DNA of 64,000 nucleotides from Lama guanicoe (taxonomy: Eukaryota). Location of the stretch: positions 5,541,957 through 5,605,956 of the forward strand of contig MU053881.1 of NCBI GenBank assembly GCA_013239625.1, written 5' to 3'. Below are positions 49,641-62,693 of this stretch, one piece after another. A program made the position numbers and the translations under genes. The notes under the pieces were generated by a model. It saw only the letters and a program-made list of their open reading frames with translations, made no database searches and had not been told where the DNA came from. Each line of letters begins with the position of its first letter. Position 1 is the stretch's first letter.

Positions 49641-51632
49641 AGAATGTGTCATATCTACTACTGGATTATTGTGACGATGAAATGAAATAATGCACCCAAA
49701 TCCTCAGCCCTGTGCCTGGCACATGGCAAAGGCTCAAAAAATGGTGGTTAGACCATCATCATCATCATCACTTTGATGATTCCTGTTTCATTTATGTAAG
49801 TAAATCAGATGTGAGCAAGACACGTTTTTGACATCTAAAAAAATCACTGCAGATAATCCAGCATCGTCTCAGGACCAGTGTAACAGGAATCACCTTTTCC
49901 TGACTATTCTCCATGCTGAAAAGTTAACGTGCTTTTTCGCTGGAGCCCTGCCTACATCTCTCCTCACCGCCCATTTTACAGACCATGAAATGAAGGTGCA
50001 GGGAGATAGAGCAACCTGCCCTAAACCACACAGCCAGTAGGAGGCAGTGCTTGGGTTCAGGCATAGTTGGTGTGGGCACCGTCTGTGTGGCCCTGAAGTC
50101 CCAACAGGCTCTGAACCTGGCGCCCAGTTGAGAGGGCATAGGGGTTAAGGATGAGGCCGCAGGGGTGCAGGGGCAGTTGTGGACCCCAGAGAGAGGGACC
50201 CCTGGTCCAGGAGCCCTGTTCTGGGGCTGGGCTTCCCAGGGCAGTGCAGCTGGCATCTCTGCCTTGGCAGGTGTGTTGGTTTTTACTAAGCCTGAGGGAT
50301 CTGACCTGGTGGGTTCCTCTGGGTGCTGCAGGGCAAGTCGGAGAGGGTGCTGCTCTAGCCAGAGGGAGACCTCAGTGCAGTGCCCTGGCCGGCCCACCAG
50401 CCTGGAAGCCTGCGGGGCTCACCTCAGCGCAGGGAGCCTGGGCCGCAGCAAGAACTAAATAATCACAATGCCGTGTGGGGCAGTGAGCATGGGATGTCGT
50501 CCTTGAATCTTCTCATGCCCTTCACCCACAGCACCCACTCTGTTCCAGCTTCTGTCGTTCCCACCTCCCTGACCGGAGCTGGTAATCATTCCTCTCTGAA
50601 GCCTGGGTCACCTTCTAGCCCTCCCGGACCACCAGACAGCCCCCAGCCAAGCTCCCTGCCTGCTCTTGTCCCCCTGCAAGCCCTTTACTCACTGCACCAG
50701 GAGGAGGTTTTTAGATGCAAAACTCACGTTGTATCTCCACCCTGCTCAGAGCCTCTCCGGGACTCGCTTTCCCCTCCAGCCAGCTGGGGTCCTTCGCGCA
50801 TGCTGTTCCCCCAACAGCAAATGCTGTTTCAGAACATGGAATACTCTTCTTTGTGCCCCCCACCTGCTCTGAGAAGACAGCCCTGCCATCTCTCAGTGGA
50901 CACTGGGTTGTATAGAGTGTGTGTGTGTATGTTTGTGTGCGTGTGACGAGCACGCAGAGGCTTTTGGTGATGGCCCCTGACCTTCCACATCTCCGGCACC
51001 ACCGCGACCAGTCAGATGACATCTCTTCAACACTAGCTCATATCCGCCTCCAGGTCTTCGCTTCTGCTTGTTCCTTGACCTGGAGTGCCCTGGCCCCACC
51101 TTTTCTCCTCTCAAACAACTCTTCTTCCTTCAAGGCACAGCTCGAATGCCCTTTCCTCTGGGGAGCTTCCCGACTCCCAGTGCAGAAGGGGTTGCTGCCC
51201 GTCCTGCCCTCCCACACCCTTGAAGCCCTCTGTCCCAAGCGTTGCTCACCGTTTCCATGCCCCGTCCTGCACATCCCCGCGCCCAGCACAGAGCCTGGTC
51301 CTCGGTGCCTGCTCACAGAATGGACCTCTGCCCTCAGGATGGTTGTATTTGTGAACCTGAGCTCTGAAGCCAGCCTGACGGGTTTGAATCTCAGATCTGT
51401 GACTTCCTACTGTGTGGCCTCAAGCAAGTGGCTTGACCCATCTGAGCCTTGGTTTCCTCACCTATGAAATTGGGTAATAACTGCCTGCTCTGTAGGGTTA
51501 CTGTGAGCACGAAGCAGGTAACCCATGAAGTGCTTGGAAGTGAACGTGGCACAGTAAGTGCTCAGCCATGTCGGCGGCTTGTGCATTTCTTGTGGGCCTG
51601 ACGGGGACTCACCTGCAGTGATTGCTCGCTGA

Positions 51633-51827
<195 letters not shown>

Positions 51828-51927
51828 TGAGGTGGGAAGGCAGAGTCCTGTGTGAATCCAGGATGTTGAGCCTCCCGTCTGCCCCAGGGCGCAGGGCCAC
51901 GGTTCCCAGTGTGGCTCTGCCTAACTC

Positions 51928-52110
51928 AGAGGTCTCAGCTGAGGGTGATTTTGTCCCCTGGGGACTTCTTTGGTTGTCACCTTTGGGGTGGGGAGGGGTC
52001 ACTGGTACCTGGTGGGTCCAGGCGACGGACGCTCAGCATCCTGCAGTGCACGGGGCTGCCCCCGGCTACCAAGACTGACCCCGCCCACAGGCCAGCAGCC
52101 CCCAGGGGAG
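51928..52110 (-). mobile_element. MER20 (degenerate)
   Basis: GGGTGATTTTGTCCCCTGGGGAC...TTTGGTTGTCAC...CATCCTGCAGTGCACGGGGCTGCCCCC. Confidence 0.7.
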
Positions 52111-52235
52111 GTGCTGCTCCAACCCCTTTTGCTCTTGCTTCCAGTAGACAGAATTTGAGGGAGAGTGATGGACAGAGGGACGAGGCTGATCCATTCCCAG
52201 ATGGAAGATAGTACATCAGGGGCACATGTTAAGAC

Positions 52236-52330
52236 ATTATTATTATCATTTTTCAATGGAGGTGCTGGGGATTGAACGCAGGACCTCATGCATGCTAAGC
52301 ACACACTCTACCACTGAGTTATACCCTCCC
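52236..52330 (-). mobile_element. Camelid SINE (short tail)
   Basis: ATGGAGGTGCTGGGGATTGAACGCAGGACCTCATGCATGCTAAGCACACACTCTACCACTGAGTTATACCCTCCC. Confidence 0.85.
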
Positions 52331-52374
52331 TGAAACCTGATTATTTTTTTTAACATCTCCTCTCTTTTGGGATT

Positions 52375-52700
52375 TTTTTTAAAATTGTTTTAAAATATAC
52401 ATAACGTAAAATTTAGCATCTGTGCTGTTTGTAAGCACACATGCAGTTCACTGGCGTTACGCACATCCGCGTTGTGCAGCTGTGAGCACCGCCCATCTGC
52501 AGAACTGCCTTGTCTTCCCAGACTGAAACGCTGTACCCATTTGGCACCACCTCCCGTCCTCCCTGCCCCCTCTCTGAATTTGACCGCTCTCCGTCCCTCG
52601 GAGAAGTGCCGTCATTTGTCTTCTGTGACTGGCTTATGTCACTTGGCATAATGTCCTCAAGGCTCGTCCATGTTGTCACGTGTGTCAGAATTTCTTTGTA
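52375..52700 (-). mobile_element. Old LINE-1 3' end, antisense
   Basis: AAATATACATAACGTAAAATTT...GTCTTCTGTGACTGGCTTATGTCACTTGGCATAATGTCCTCAAGG. Confidence 0.8.
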
Positions 52701-53544
52701 TGTTTATAAGCTTTTTTGAGCAAAATAACGCGTACAGTTGTCCTCTGCTCCTGCCCCCTCCGTTCCCTGTTCATCCCAGAGACAGTCACTTTGAACTCTT
52801 CTCATATTTCCTCCTGCGTTGTTATATAAATGCCTACAATGTTATTTTTAAGTAATGTTTTCTTATTGTTTGATTAAAAAAATACATGATTATTATGCGA
52901 AGTTTACATAGTATAGGAGAGTTTAAAGGAAAGGCCAGGAAGTGGTCCAGTCTCACCATCCAGACCTTGGCCCTGGCTGTCATCCAGGTCCCTCTGCCTG
53001 CATCTCCATTAGTGGAAGGATGTGCGGACAGCGGACTTAGGGAGTGATGGTAACATAGAGCGATGGTGCTCTCCTGTTTATCGTCCATTTTCTATTAACA
53101 TCCTCCTCTGATAATTAACAGTTCCTTCATCTGCACCCCCTCCTCTTCCTCAGCCCCATCCTTCCACGGGTGTTACCTGCGTCTCTTTAAGGGACTTTTT
53201 ACTTATGTCCTCAGGAACCTGCACTGCTGTTGAGCCCCTGTGACTGAGAACTGCAGGGATAGTCGTGAGGGTTGGAACAGACATGGTGCAGTGCAGCCAG
53301 GGGGAGCCTCTGCAGCAGGACTGTGGCTCCTGCCTCCCTTCTTTGAGGGCCCTGAAGCTCAGAGAGGGTGAGGACCTGCCCCAGGCCACAGATCTGGCCA
53401 GGACAGAGCCAGGGCTGACCCCAGGCTGCAGACTCACTTCCAGGGCTCTCCCACATTCTGCACTCACCTCCATGAGTGCTTTGAGCCAACGGGTAAGGGT
53501 GGGGGCTGGGCCTTACAAGCTGAATTTGACACCAGTGGGCTCTC

Positions 53545-53800
53545 AGATTTAGTGCATCTCAGTGCCCTCTAGGGCTCATAACACTCAGGGTGCCGAGCAC
53601 GGTCCCCAGGGTTTCTGTTTGTGGTGGGACCCAAGAACTTGCATTTCTAACAAGCTCCCACCTGAAGCTGCTGGTCCGGGGACCACACTTTGAGAACCAC
53701 TGCTCTAGATCCTCACCAACCAAGGTCTGGTCGGTGACAGTGTGAGCATTACCTGGGAGCTTGTTAGAAGTGCTTCGTTGTCTGGAGGGCGGGGTTGGTT
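53545..53800. mobile_element. MER5A/MER5B fragments
   Basis: TTGCATTTCTAACAAGCTCCCA...GGGACCACACTTTGAGAACCACTG followed by GCATTACCTGGGAGCTTGTTAGAA. Confidence 0.75.
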
Positions 53801-56800
53801 CTGTCCTGAAACGAGCAGCATGAAGAGGTTCCTTGTATCCGGCACCAGCAAGGCCACGCTCTGTGCTGTTTCTGAAGACCTGAGTCCCTGATACGTGCAG
53901 AGTCTGTGACCCCGGGGACCAGCCCACATCCCCTGTGGCTGTTCTTAGCTGGAGAGGTTAAGCATGTGCACTCTGGAGCCCGAGAGACCCAAGTTCAAAT
54001 CCCAAGTCTGCCCCCCGCTCTGTGACCTTGGACACATCACCTAACTTTGCTGCCTTTTGATGTTCTCATCTGTATCATGGGGAGTGATCCTTCAGCTTTG
54101 CGATACTGGTTACGAGAAGATATTCAGAGAGAGTAGGCTTGCTGGAAAGGCCAGCTATGACTGCTGTTTTTCATTAAGTGTCTGGTATGTGCCAGGTCCT
54201 GTCCTGTGCTGGGCTCTGGGGACAGCAGGAGCACGGAGGCCCCAGTCCTCCTCCTGCAGGGCTCTCTGGCCTGTGGGGAGATGCGTGGAGAGGGAGCTGG
54301 TGCTGGGGTAGGGGGAATATACAGGGAGGGGTGGTCCGTTCCCCTGGGGCTGAGATTTGGGGGTTTAGAAGAGGCTTTGGTGAGAGGGTAGTTAGAGCCG
54401 AGCTGTGGAAGGTGGGTGGGTATCTGCCAGCTAATCCAGACTGGGCAGGGTGTTCGAGAAGAGGGAGCCTTGTGGGCAAAGGCACAGTGAGAAACAGCAG
54501 GGTATTTTGGGGGCAGTGATAATAAAAATAACCACACATGTGTGTTGGGTTTATGAAGCACCTCCTAGGTGCCAGCTATTAGACGAGGCACTTTCTAGAC
54601 ATCATCTCATTTAATCAGTGCTCCTGAGGACACCTGGGGAGGGGAGGGGCCTTGCCCATCGCAGGTGGGAACGCTGAGGCCCCCAGTGGAATGGGACACC
54701 CGAGGTCAGACCACAAGGCTGGAGGAGCTGCAGGGTTTGGACTTGAGTCTCCCTGACTCCAGCTGCCAGGGGTCTAGCTCAGTCAACTGTGGAGGGAGGG
54801 TGGCCAGGGAGGGGCCAGGTCAGGGAGAATCTGGGGACAGAAGAGAGTCTTGTGTGCTCTGGGGAATTCAAGGCAAACCTTCAGCTCAGCCTTCAAGAAC
54901 TTATCAGAGGGAGGAGGGAGGACACAGGCAGCCTGGGGCAGGGCCAGCCTGAGGGGCTCGTCAGTGCAGGGAAGCCCTGGGTAGGGACAGGACTGGAGGG
55001 AGCGCCCCAGAAGCCTCGGGCTGAGACGTGCCCAGGGGGATTCTCATTTCCTGTGCTGTCCCCCCTCACACCTCTGGTCTGGACGGTGCTGATGTGCTGA
55101 GCTGACTCCAGAATCCCACTTAGAACCCAGTAGAGGTGGGATGGAAACAGGGGGCGTCAGCTTTCCAGATGACTTGGCATATGCATGGGAGAAAACCTGG
55201 AAGCCAATTAAGGAGGAAGAAAAGTTCGGGGAGGTAATTGAGCGTGAGTATTTACACAGTTACCGCTGGGCCCTAGGAGAGGTGGTGTGGACACCTGCTG
55301 AGGCCTGATGTTTTGTTTTGGAAAATCCTCCTTTCCCCTGGGGCCTGGAATCTGCAGCCTGGCAAAGCAGTGGAGGAGACCTGGGAGATGGGGTGGTAGT
55401 CTATCTGCCTCTTCTTAGGTCCCTGGGACTGCCTGGGGGCCCCTGGAGTCACCCCCATCCCCATGCACGGCCTTATGCAGCTCAGGGCTGCATAAGAGAA
55501 TTGCTTAGCAGATCATTCTCCCAAATAAGGGTGTCACCTCGCTGGAGACACTGTTTGTGCAGGAAGGAATGAGAAGCAGCAGGGTGAGCTGGGCAAAGCG
55601 TGTGCTCTAGACATAGACAAGCCTGGTTTGGATCCTGGCTCTGCCGCTTCCGAGCTGGACAGACACATTTAACCACTCTGGCCTCAGTCCTTTCATGCAC
55701 AGCAGGTGTAACAGAGCCTGCTCGCAGGGTTGTTGTGACCTGTGGGCTGAAATGGACACAGTACTGCCACAGGGAGGCTCAGGGTCTGTCCCTTTCTGCT
55801 ACTAGGCATTTTGCTTCTTCCTTGATAAATGTTTGTTTACTTCTGTCTAGGATTTCAAACTTCCTCTGAGGTTCATTTGATAGTTGCCAAGCAAAAACAC
55901 AAGTTCCAGCTCTGGGTGGGTGTGAAGCTACCCTCCATGGCCGGTGGGAATCCATGCATGCAGAGAGAAGGGAAGTGTGTCTGCCGCCTGAGATAGCTGG
56001 AATATAAAGTGGAGTGAGGACTCTGAGGTCCAGAGATCTCTGTCCTTGTCCTGGATCTGCCCTTGGCCGTGGGTGAGTCACCTAACCCTGAGCCTCAGTT
56101 TCCTCAAGCAGAGTGGGGCCAGTGGTTCTTACCTCGGGCAACTGATATGACCATTTAACGAGACAGTAGATGCAAAGCATCTATATGCCTGGCGCATCAG
56201 AGAGGCCCAGCAAAGGCTGACTTTCCCAGGCTGAGGAATATCTCAGAGCAGCTGTCTTGAGGAGTGTCGTCCATTCTCCAAAGAACCTGTGTTCATCTCC
56301 CCAGAGGTGCTTCTCCAAAGATAGGAGGTGAATTTCACAACTTTTGGGGCCTTTCAAGTTCCAAGCAGAGGTCTGAACTGGCTTAAAAATCAAAGTGCCT
56401 AGGACAGAGTCTGGCACACAGTAGGTGCTCAGTAAATAGTAGCTTCCAGGAATGCGGTTAATTTATCAGTTTATGATTTCTGCAGGAGCCGTAATTCCCA
56501 AAGGCCCAATGTACAGGAGGCCTGGCAGGTGGGCCTCGCAGGAACCAGTCACCCGCCTCTCACCCATACCTGGACTCCAGCCCAGAACTCCTATTAGTTG
56601 CTGGGGTGGCCCTGGTTCTTTCATTGTGGCTACCAGGCACTGAGCGACTGTTTGATATGTAACTCATTGAATCCTCAAAGACCACTGATAACATTTTATA
56701 GAGGAAGGATTTGGTCCCTAGAGAGGTTAATTAACTTACCCAAAGTCACACAGCTGGTAAGAGGAACAACTGGGGTTTAGACCAGTGCATCTGGCTTCAG

Positions 56801-59800
56801 AGCCCACATGCTTAACCACTACCCTCCTTAAAATCTTTTGGTGGCAAATGATAAAAACGGGTCTCGTGTGACTTAAGGCAGACAGGAGAATGTGTGTATA
56901 TGGTAACGGAACTGTGCTGGGGAAGGTACGCAGCTGGACGTGGAGGTTAGTTGGAGCCTGGGACACAGTGCTGCCGGGACTGTCTCTGATCTCTGCCCTT
57001 CTGTGCATGTTGGTTAGGCTCTCAGTCCAACCCCTCTCACACAGCTTCCGGCTGGGTTTAGTTTTTACCTTCCCCAGCATCACCTCCTGCAGGAGAACTG
57101 ATCCTCAACATTTCAGGTCTCAGAGTCAGTAATTGCAGTGAAGGGCTCTGATTGGCCCAGGTTGGCTCGGGTGCAGATCCATGGGCCAGTCAAGGAGGCC
57201 CAGTCAGGAGGGCTCTTCTGATTGGCCCAGCTTTTAGTCAGTCTCTGAGAATGGGGGCGGGGTCATACAGCAGTCCCCTCCTCCGCTCCAGGGAACAGTG
57301 CGATTGAGGTGGGTGAGATGCTTTTCCAGAAGGAGAAAAGATTGGGACTTGCCAGAAAAACAGATTGCTGCCCATCATAGGCCGGCACAGCCTGTTAAGA
57401 GAGAGTGAGTGAGCCACAAGTGGATGGGAAGCGAGAACAAAGGACTGAATTTGCAGCTGAGGTTGAGAAGAGAAAATACCAGAAAAATACAGGATTTGGA
57501 GGCAAAGAGAGAGTTAAAGGCTGTAGGGGTGGGGGGCCGGAGACTGAGGAGAATGAATGGGGAAACGGGCTTCGTTAGTGGTTGCTTGTATCTAGTTGCC
57601 TAAAAAACAAAACAGCAACAGTCCGTCTCACAGTTGCATAATCTGATCCCCAGTTAATAGATGCGGAAACTGAGGCTCTGAAACGTGAAGCCGTTTCTCT
57701 CAGATCATGGTAGAATATTCTCACTTCCCTGCCTGGTACTGTTTCTGGGACGCTCCAGGGAAGGCAGATGCCCTATATAATTAAGAGAAGTCACTTGGAT
57801 AATTGGTAAGAAAGATATTTGACAGCAGTTCTGGTTCGTGAGGCCTCTGGTGTTATCCTCTAAGAGGCGCAGTGATGGGCAGGCTTATTTGTGGTTCTGT
57901 GAGTCTCCTTCTGTAATCACACCTTTCAGAGGACTTCTCAGAAGTCGAGTGGTTGGGGCTGTTGCAGGTTTCGTTGCTCCGACCCTCAACCCTCACACTG
58001 GATGCGCCACTTTACCTCCACGCCACCCCCCACCCCCCTGCAGCGGAATGTGAAGTTCTTTCACCACATCCTGGCCCCCGCTGGGTTTTACTTAAAAGGA
58101 AAAAAAACAAAAACAACCCCCCTCCAAATTTTGCCATCTGAATTTCAGCTTTTTGAGTCATTCATATGATACATGTTCTCTATGAAAAACATTTAAAAAA
58201 ATAAAAGTGCATACAGTAAAAAGTGTAAGGATACCTCAGTGCACTGCTCCGCAAAAAACCCACTTCCAGGGAGGTGGTCACGATTAAGTTGCATGTGCGT
58301 CCTTCCAGACCCTTTTCCGTGTCTGTGGACGTCTGTGCACACGCAGTCGGCATGTGTCACGCTTTTACGATGCAGCTGGAGTTTGTACTGTTTATCCCAC
58401 TCTGCATCACTTTGTCGGCAACGTGGTGGGGACAGCGGGATATGCACAGACTTCCAAGTTGATACGTACAAAGGCGAACTCATCCTTTTTAGGGGCTGCA
58501 TATTATTTCAAGGTCGGGGGTGAGCCAAAATTGAGCAGATCCGTCAACCCGGCTCCAGCAGCAACTTAGTTTGTTTCTAATTTTTCACTCTTTTGAATAA
58601 TGCTTTCAGAAGCTTCCGTGTGACTTAGCAATCTAGTCTTGGGGATGTATTTCCAGAACAAGAATTGCTGTCAAACATATTTCTTAAAACACTGTTTTGT
58701 CCTTTTTTCCTGTCTATTCATTGGTTCCGGTGTTCATTGGATAACCCTGCTGAGTGCTTCCTGTGCCGGATGTGGTGCTGGGATGCAGCTGTGGACAAAG
58801 CAGAAATGGTCTCTTTCCCGATGGAAGTGATAGTGTATGGAGTCCCCACCTGCCGGCTGCTTTGTCTCTGATTCTTGTTTTAAAATAGAATGTTTTCACC
58901 AGAAGAGACTGTCTGGTGAAAAGCCCCTTTGAATTGTCCGAGGGCAGCCATCTACCTATCGGGGGACACCGCTTATAAACTCTATTCAGGGGGCAAACAG
59001 CTGGGGCCACCCCTGCCCAGGGACAGCCTGAGGTTCCTGGGATGCAGGGAGGGGGGCCCCACCCTCCTGGCTGGGCCCCTGAGGGGGAAGTAGCAGCCAC
59101 CCCAAAAGCTGGCTGGCATTTGCTTCAGGGAGGGCTCTGGGACCAACTGTGTGTGTCATTTTGAAAGTTGGTGGTTTCTTGGTTTCGGCTTTTCCCCTCC
59201 CTTCTCCGGAAGGGTCCAGTGGGTGTGGTGGGGGGGGAGCAGCGAGCTCCAGCCTTCCTCTAGCAAGCGCCCCAGAGGCAGTCCGTCTGCAAAACTTTCC
59301 TGGAAGGGCGTGCCAGCCATTGTTGGTGCTTCCAGGGGAGCCAGGCCCACGTGGGGCCCAGGAGGACCCAGTGGGAAGGAGGTGAGACTGGCCTCCCATT
59401 CTTACCGAGGAGCTCAGTGGGCTGGTGACTTGCCCAGACGCCCCCAGGTGGCCAGCGGCAGAGCTGGCTTCTCACCTGGGTTTCCATCTCACCCTGAAAG
59501 GTGACACCCCTCCCCCTGCCATAGCCATACTGTCCCGTGAGCACAGTCAAGGTTAGCGCTGACCGAGGCTCAGAGACCAGTGTTCCTGACCACTCCCAGC
59601 AGGGGGTCTTGGTACAGCCTCATCCTTGCCCCAGGCTAAGAATCTCAAGGGTGCTGACCCTGGTACCCCATGGAATGTTCCCCATCACAACGGAGCATTT
59701 ATCAAGAGCCAGGCTTGGAGCTGAGTGCTTTATGTGTAATCATTTAATCCTCACTGCAGCCCTACTAAGTAGTTCTACCATATGACCATCCCTGTGTCAC

Positions 59801-60733
59801 AGAGAAACTGAGGGTCAGAGGTTTGGTCACCGTCCTGGCCCCTGCCCATCTCCCCTCTTATCGAAATCCACCAACACCCTCTTCCACCCGTGCTGCCCTG
59901 CCCCTCCGGGGCCCTCCAGCCAGCTTCATTTCCTCTGCCTGGAAATATTTTCCCCCAGACCTTGACCTCCTGCCTAAAATGCCGCCCACCTACCCAGTAC
60001 CCTCTGACCCTTTGTCCTGCCTTATCCCTGCATGGCCCCTCTCATTACCAGGGGCCACATGGCGTTGAGGACCTGTTTCCATCACTAGAATAAAAAGCCA
60101 CACGAGGGTAAGGATTTTGGTTCATCTCTGCGCCTAGAACAGTGCCTGGCACACAATAGATGTTCAGTTTGTTGATGAATATCCTGGAGGCACTTAGCTG
60201 TACTTCCCCCAGGTACCCCCCCTCCCTCCTCTCCTGAGGTCACATCCCCCGACTGTAGACCCTCCTAGCCCTGCACCTCCATCTCTCCATCACTTTACAT
60301 CATTGTGAATAGACACTCAGTGGCATTTATCTGACTGCTGTCTGACTCCATGGCTAATCTTGAGTTGCCCGAGGGCAAGGATTTCGTTTGCTTCTTCCCC
60401 ACCATATTCTCTGCCCTGGTCCAGCTCATGTGTGGTTCCAGATGGGTACCTGGATGTTGAATAGATGCATGAACCCAGTGACATAGAAGAGGTAGGATTG
60501 GAGCCCAGCTCTGGTGTTCAGGGCCAGACTCTTGGCTCATGCTCCCTCCTGGTTTGAAATTGTCCATCTGACTGACTGACGCTCTTGAGTCCAGTGGCTT
60601 TTACCCGATTGTGGTTTCCAGACCCAGGCGAGGCTTCCGGGGTGGCCGGCAGTGAGAATGGCTTGGCAGTTTCTGGCAGCCGGGCTTCAAACTGAACTTC
60701 ACTTCTCTCAAGCCGTTGCTTCCTCCTGACTTT

Positions 60734-61406
60734 ATTTATTTATTTCTTTTGGTTTTTTCTTTCTCTTTTTTTCTTTTTTGGTTTAAACAAATGTGCACCG
60801 CGATGGTTCAACAAGTAAGGCAAGTGCTGTGAATATGAAAGCTGTAGTGTGCAATATACCACATCTAGAACCCAGGAGAGGTGAAGTAGACAGAAGTGGT
60901 CGTCACTCTAAATTAAACAGTCGGGTAATAACATCACGACAAGTTGGTTTGCAGCATCAGGAGTGTCTGTTTAGGTGTCTTTTTCTTAATGATCAGAGGT
61001 CCCACGTTGTCGCCAGTTTCTTCATTGTGTTTTGTGTGAGCTCCATCACAGAATGGGAACTCTTTGGACCTCCAACAACGGCAGCACACAGTTTTATCTC
61101 CCAAATCCTCCATGTCAAATACATGTACTAACTTGGGGTTGTCTTTTTGGATATGAGGGTTTACCATGGAATTGTTGCGATGATCTTTGACATAAAATCT
61201 TTTGTAAGCTAGATAACCAATGGCAGCTGTCCCAGCAGCAGTGGTAACTGCGGCGATCCATTCAGCTCGTACGCTGGAAGTCATGCTCACGGCGCCGTCG
61301 CTTGCAAGGGTGTGCACAGGGCACTGAGCACAAACCGGCTCGCGCGGGCGGTGGGAGTCAAGGTGGGACAGGCGTCTGTCCTAAGGGCACCGGCTGCTGC
61401 GGGTTG
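60734..61406 (-). pseudogene. CISD1: Processed retrocopy of CISD1 (mitoNEET, CDGSH iron-sulfur domain protein 1), antisense in STK10 intron 4
   Basis: Intronless minus-strand frame (V)[38 protein letters not shown]...[37 protein letters not shown]-rich 5'UTR at 61291-61406, 3'UTR, and a degenerate poly(A) (T-rich on +, about 60734-60780). Direct repeat CTCCTGACTTT at 60723-60733 and 61407-61417. First ATG is GTG (61288-61290); 1-nt deletion just before the native TAA (60971-60973). Confidence 0.95.
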
Positions 61407-61869
61407 CTCCTGACTTTGTCTTTTAAATCAAGATGCAACTTGGCCCCATGAGGCCAGAGCGCTGGAGGAAATTTCTCTTTGTGGCACTGGGTTCTTCTCT
61501 CAGCAGTAGGTGTGTGACGCAAGACTGGTGGTGTTGGATGCGTACGTAAAGATAAATTGTATTTATTTATTTTCTGTTAGTCCTGAAAGCCATACGTGTT
61601 TGTCATGGCAAACTTAGGGTATTCAGAAAAGTAGAAGGAACCTCGTCTAGTCTCACCGCCCACAGACAACGATTTAAGCAAGCTTGTGTGTTTCCTCCAA
61701 TTATTCAGAATATATTTTTGCCCTTTTTTGGGAGGTGGGGCTTAATTCTGACCACACACTATATTCAACTGAGCATTCCTCCCCTTTCCTGCTTAACCTA
61801 TATAAATATTCCAATACAATATTTAACATTGTATTAAACATTAAAATATTTAAATACATATTATTTTAA

Positions 61870-62465
61870 ATTTTTTATTTTTCCTTCCAGTTTTATTCAG
61901 ATATAATTGACACACAGTGCTGTGTAAGCTGAAGGTTACAGCATAGTGATTTGACTTCCATCATGAAATGAGGACCACAATAAGTTTAGTGATCATCATC
62001 CCTTTGTATATTTATAAAATAAAAGAAAAAAATTTTTTCCATCTGATGAGAACTCAGGATTTACTCTCCTAACAATTTTCGTATGTAATATACAGCAGTG
62101 TTTATTACACTTCCTATGTTGTACGCAACACCCCCAGTATTTATTTATCTTATAACTTCTGGTTGGCACCTTTGGACTGCCTTCATCCAACTCCCCCTCC
62201 CCCAACCCCCCGCAAATCTGCTATTTCTGTGAATTTGTCTGCTTTGAAGTATAATTGACAGCACTGCATTGATTCCTGGTGCCCAAGGTGGTGAGTCGGT
62301 ATTTCTATAAATTACAAAATGATCACCATGATACATCTAGTTACACATCTGTTGCCACCCAGAAATGTTACATTATAATTGTCTTTGTGCCTCACTCTGT
62401 GCATTTTGTCCCAGTGACTCATTTATTTTGTATCTGGGAGTTTATACTTCTTCATCTCCCTCTCC
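61870..62465 (-). mobile_element. LINE-1 3'UTR, antisense
   Basis: TTCCTTCCAGTTTTATTCAGATATAATTGACA...GATGAGAACTCAGGATTTACTCTC...TTACAAAATGATCACCA. Confidence 0.8.
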
Positions 62466-62659
62466 TATTACTACTAAATGTATTATAAAAACTTAATAAT
62501 TGATTAATAATAATCAATATTAAAGCATTAAATAAAATACTTCAAAACTTACATGACTACAAAACATTCCATCATATGTGTATCACCCTTTTCTTAATCT
62601 GTTCAGTTACTCACCCTTTACCTTCTTTCTTACCTCTCCTAATTTCCTGGTTCATCTTG

Positions 62660-62660
<1 letters not shown>

Positions 62661-62691
<31 letters not shown>
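62661..62691. repeat. (TG)15 microsatellite
   Basis: Read directly. Confidence 0.95.

Positions 62692-62693
<2 letters not shown>

Noticed and set aside
60793..61131. 112-aa + strand ORF
   Set aside because: Antisense shadow of the CISD1 retrocopy.
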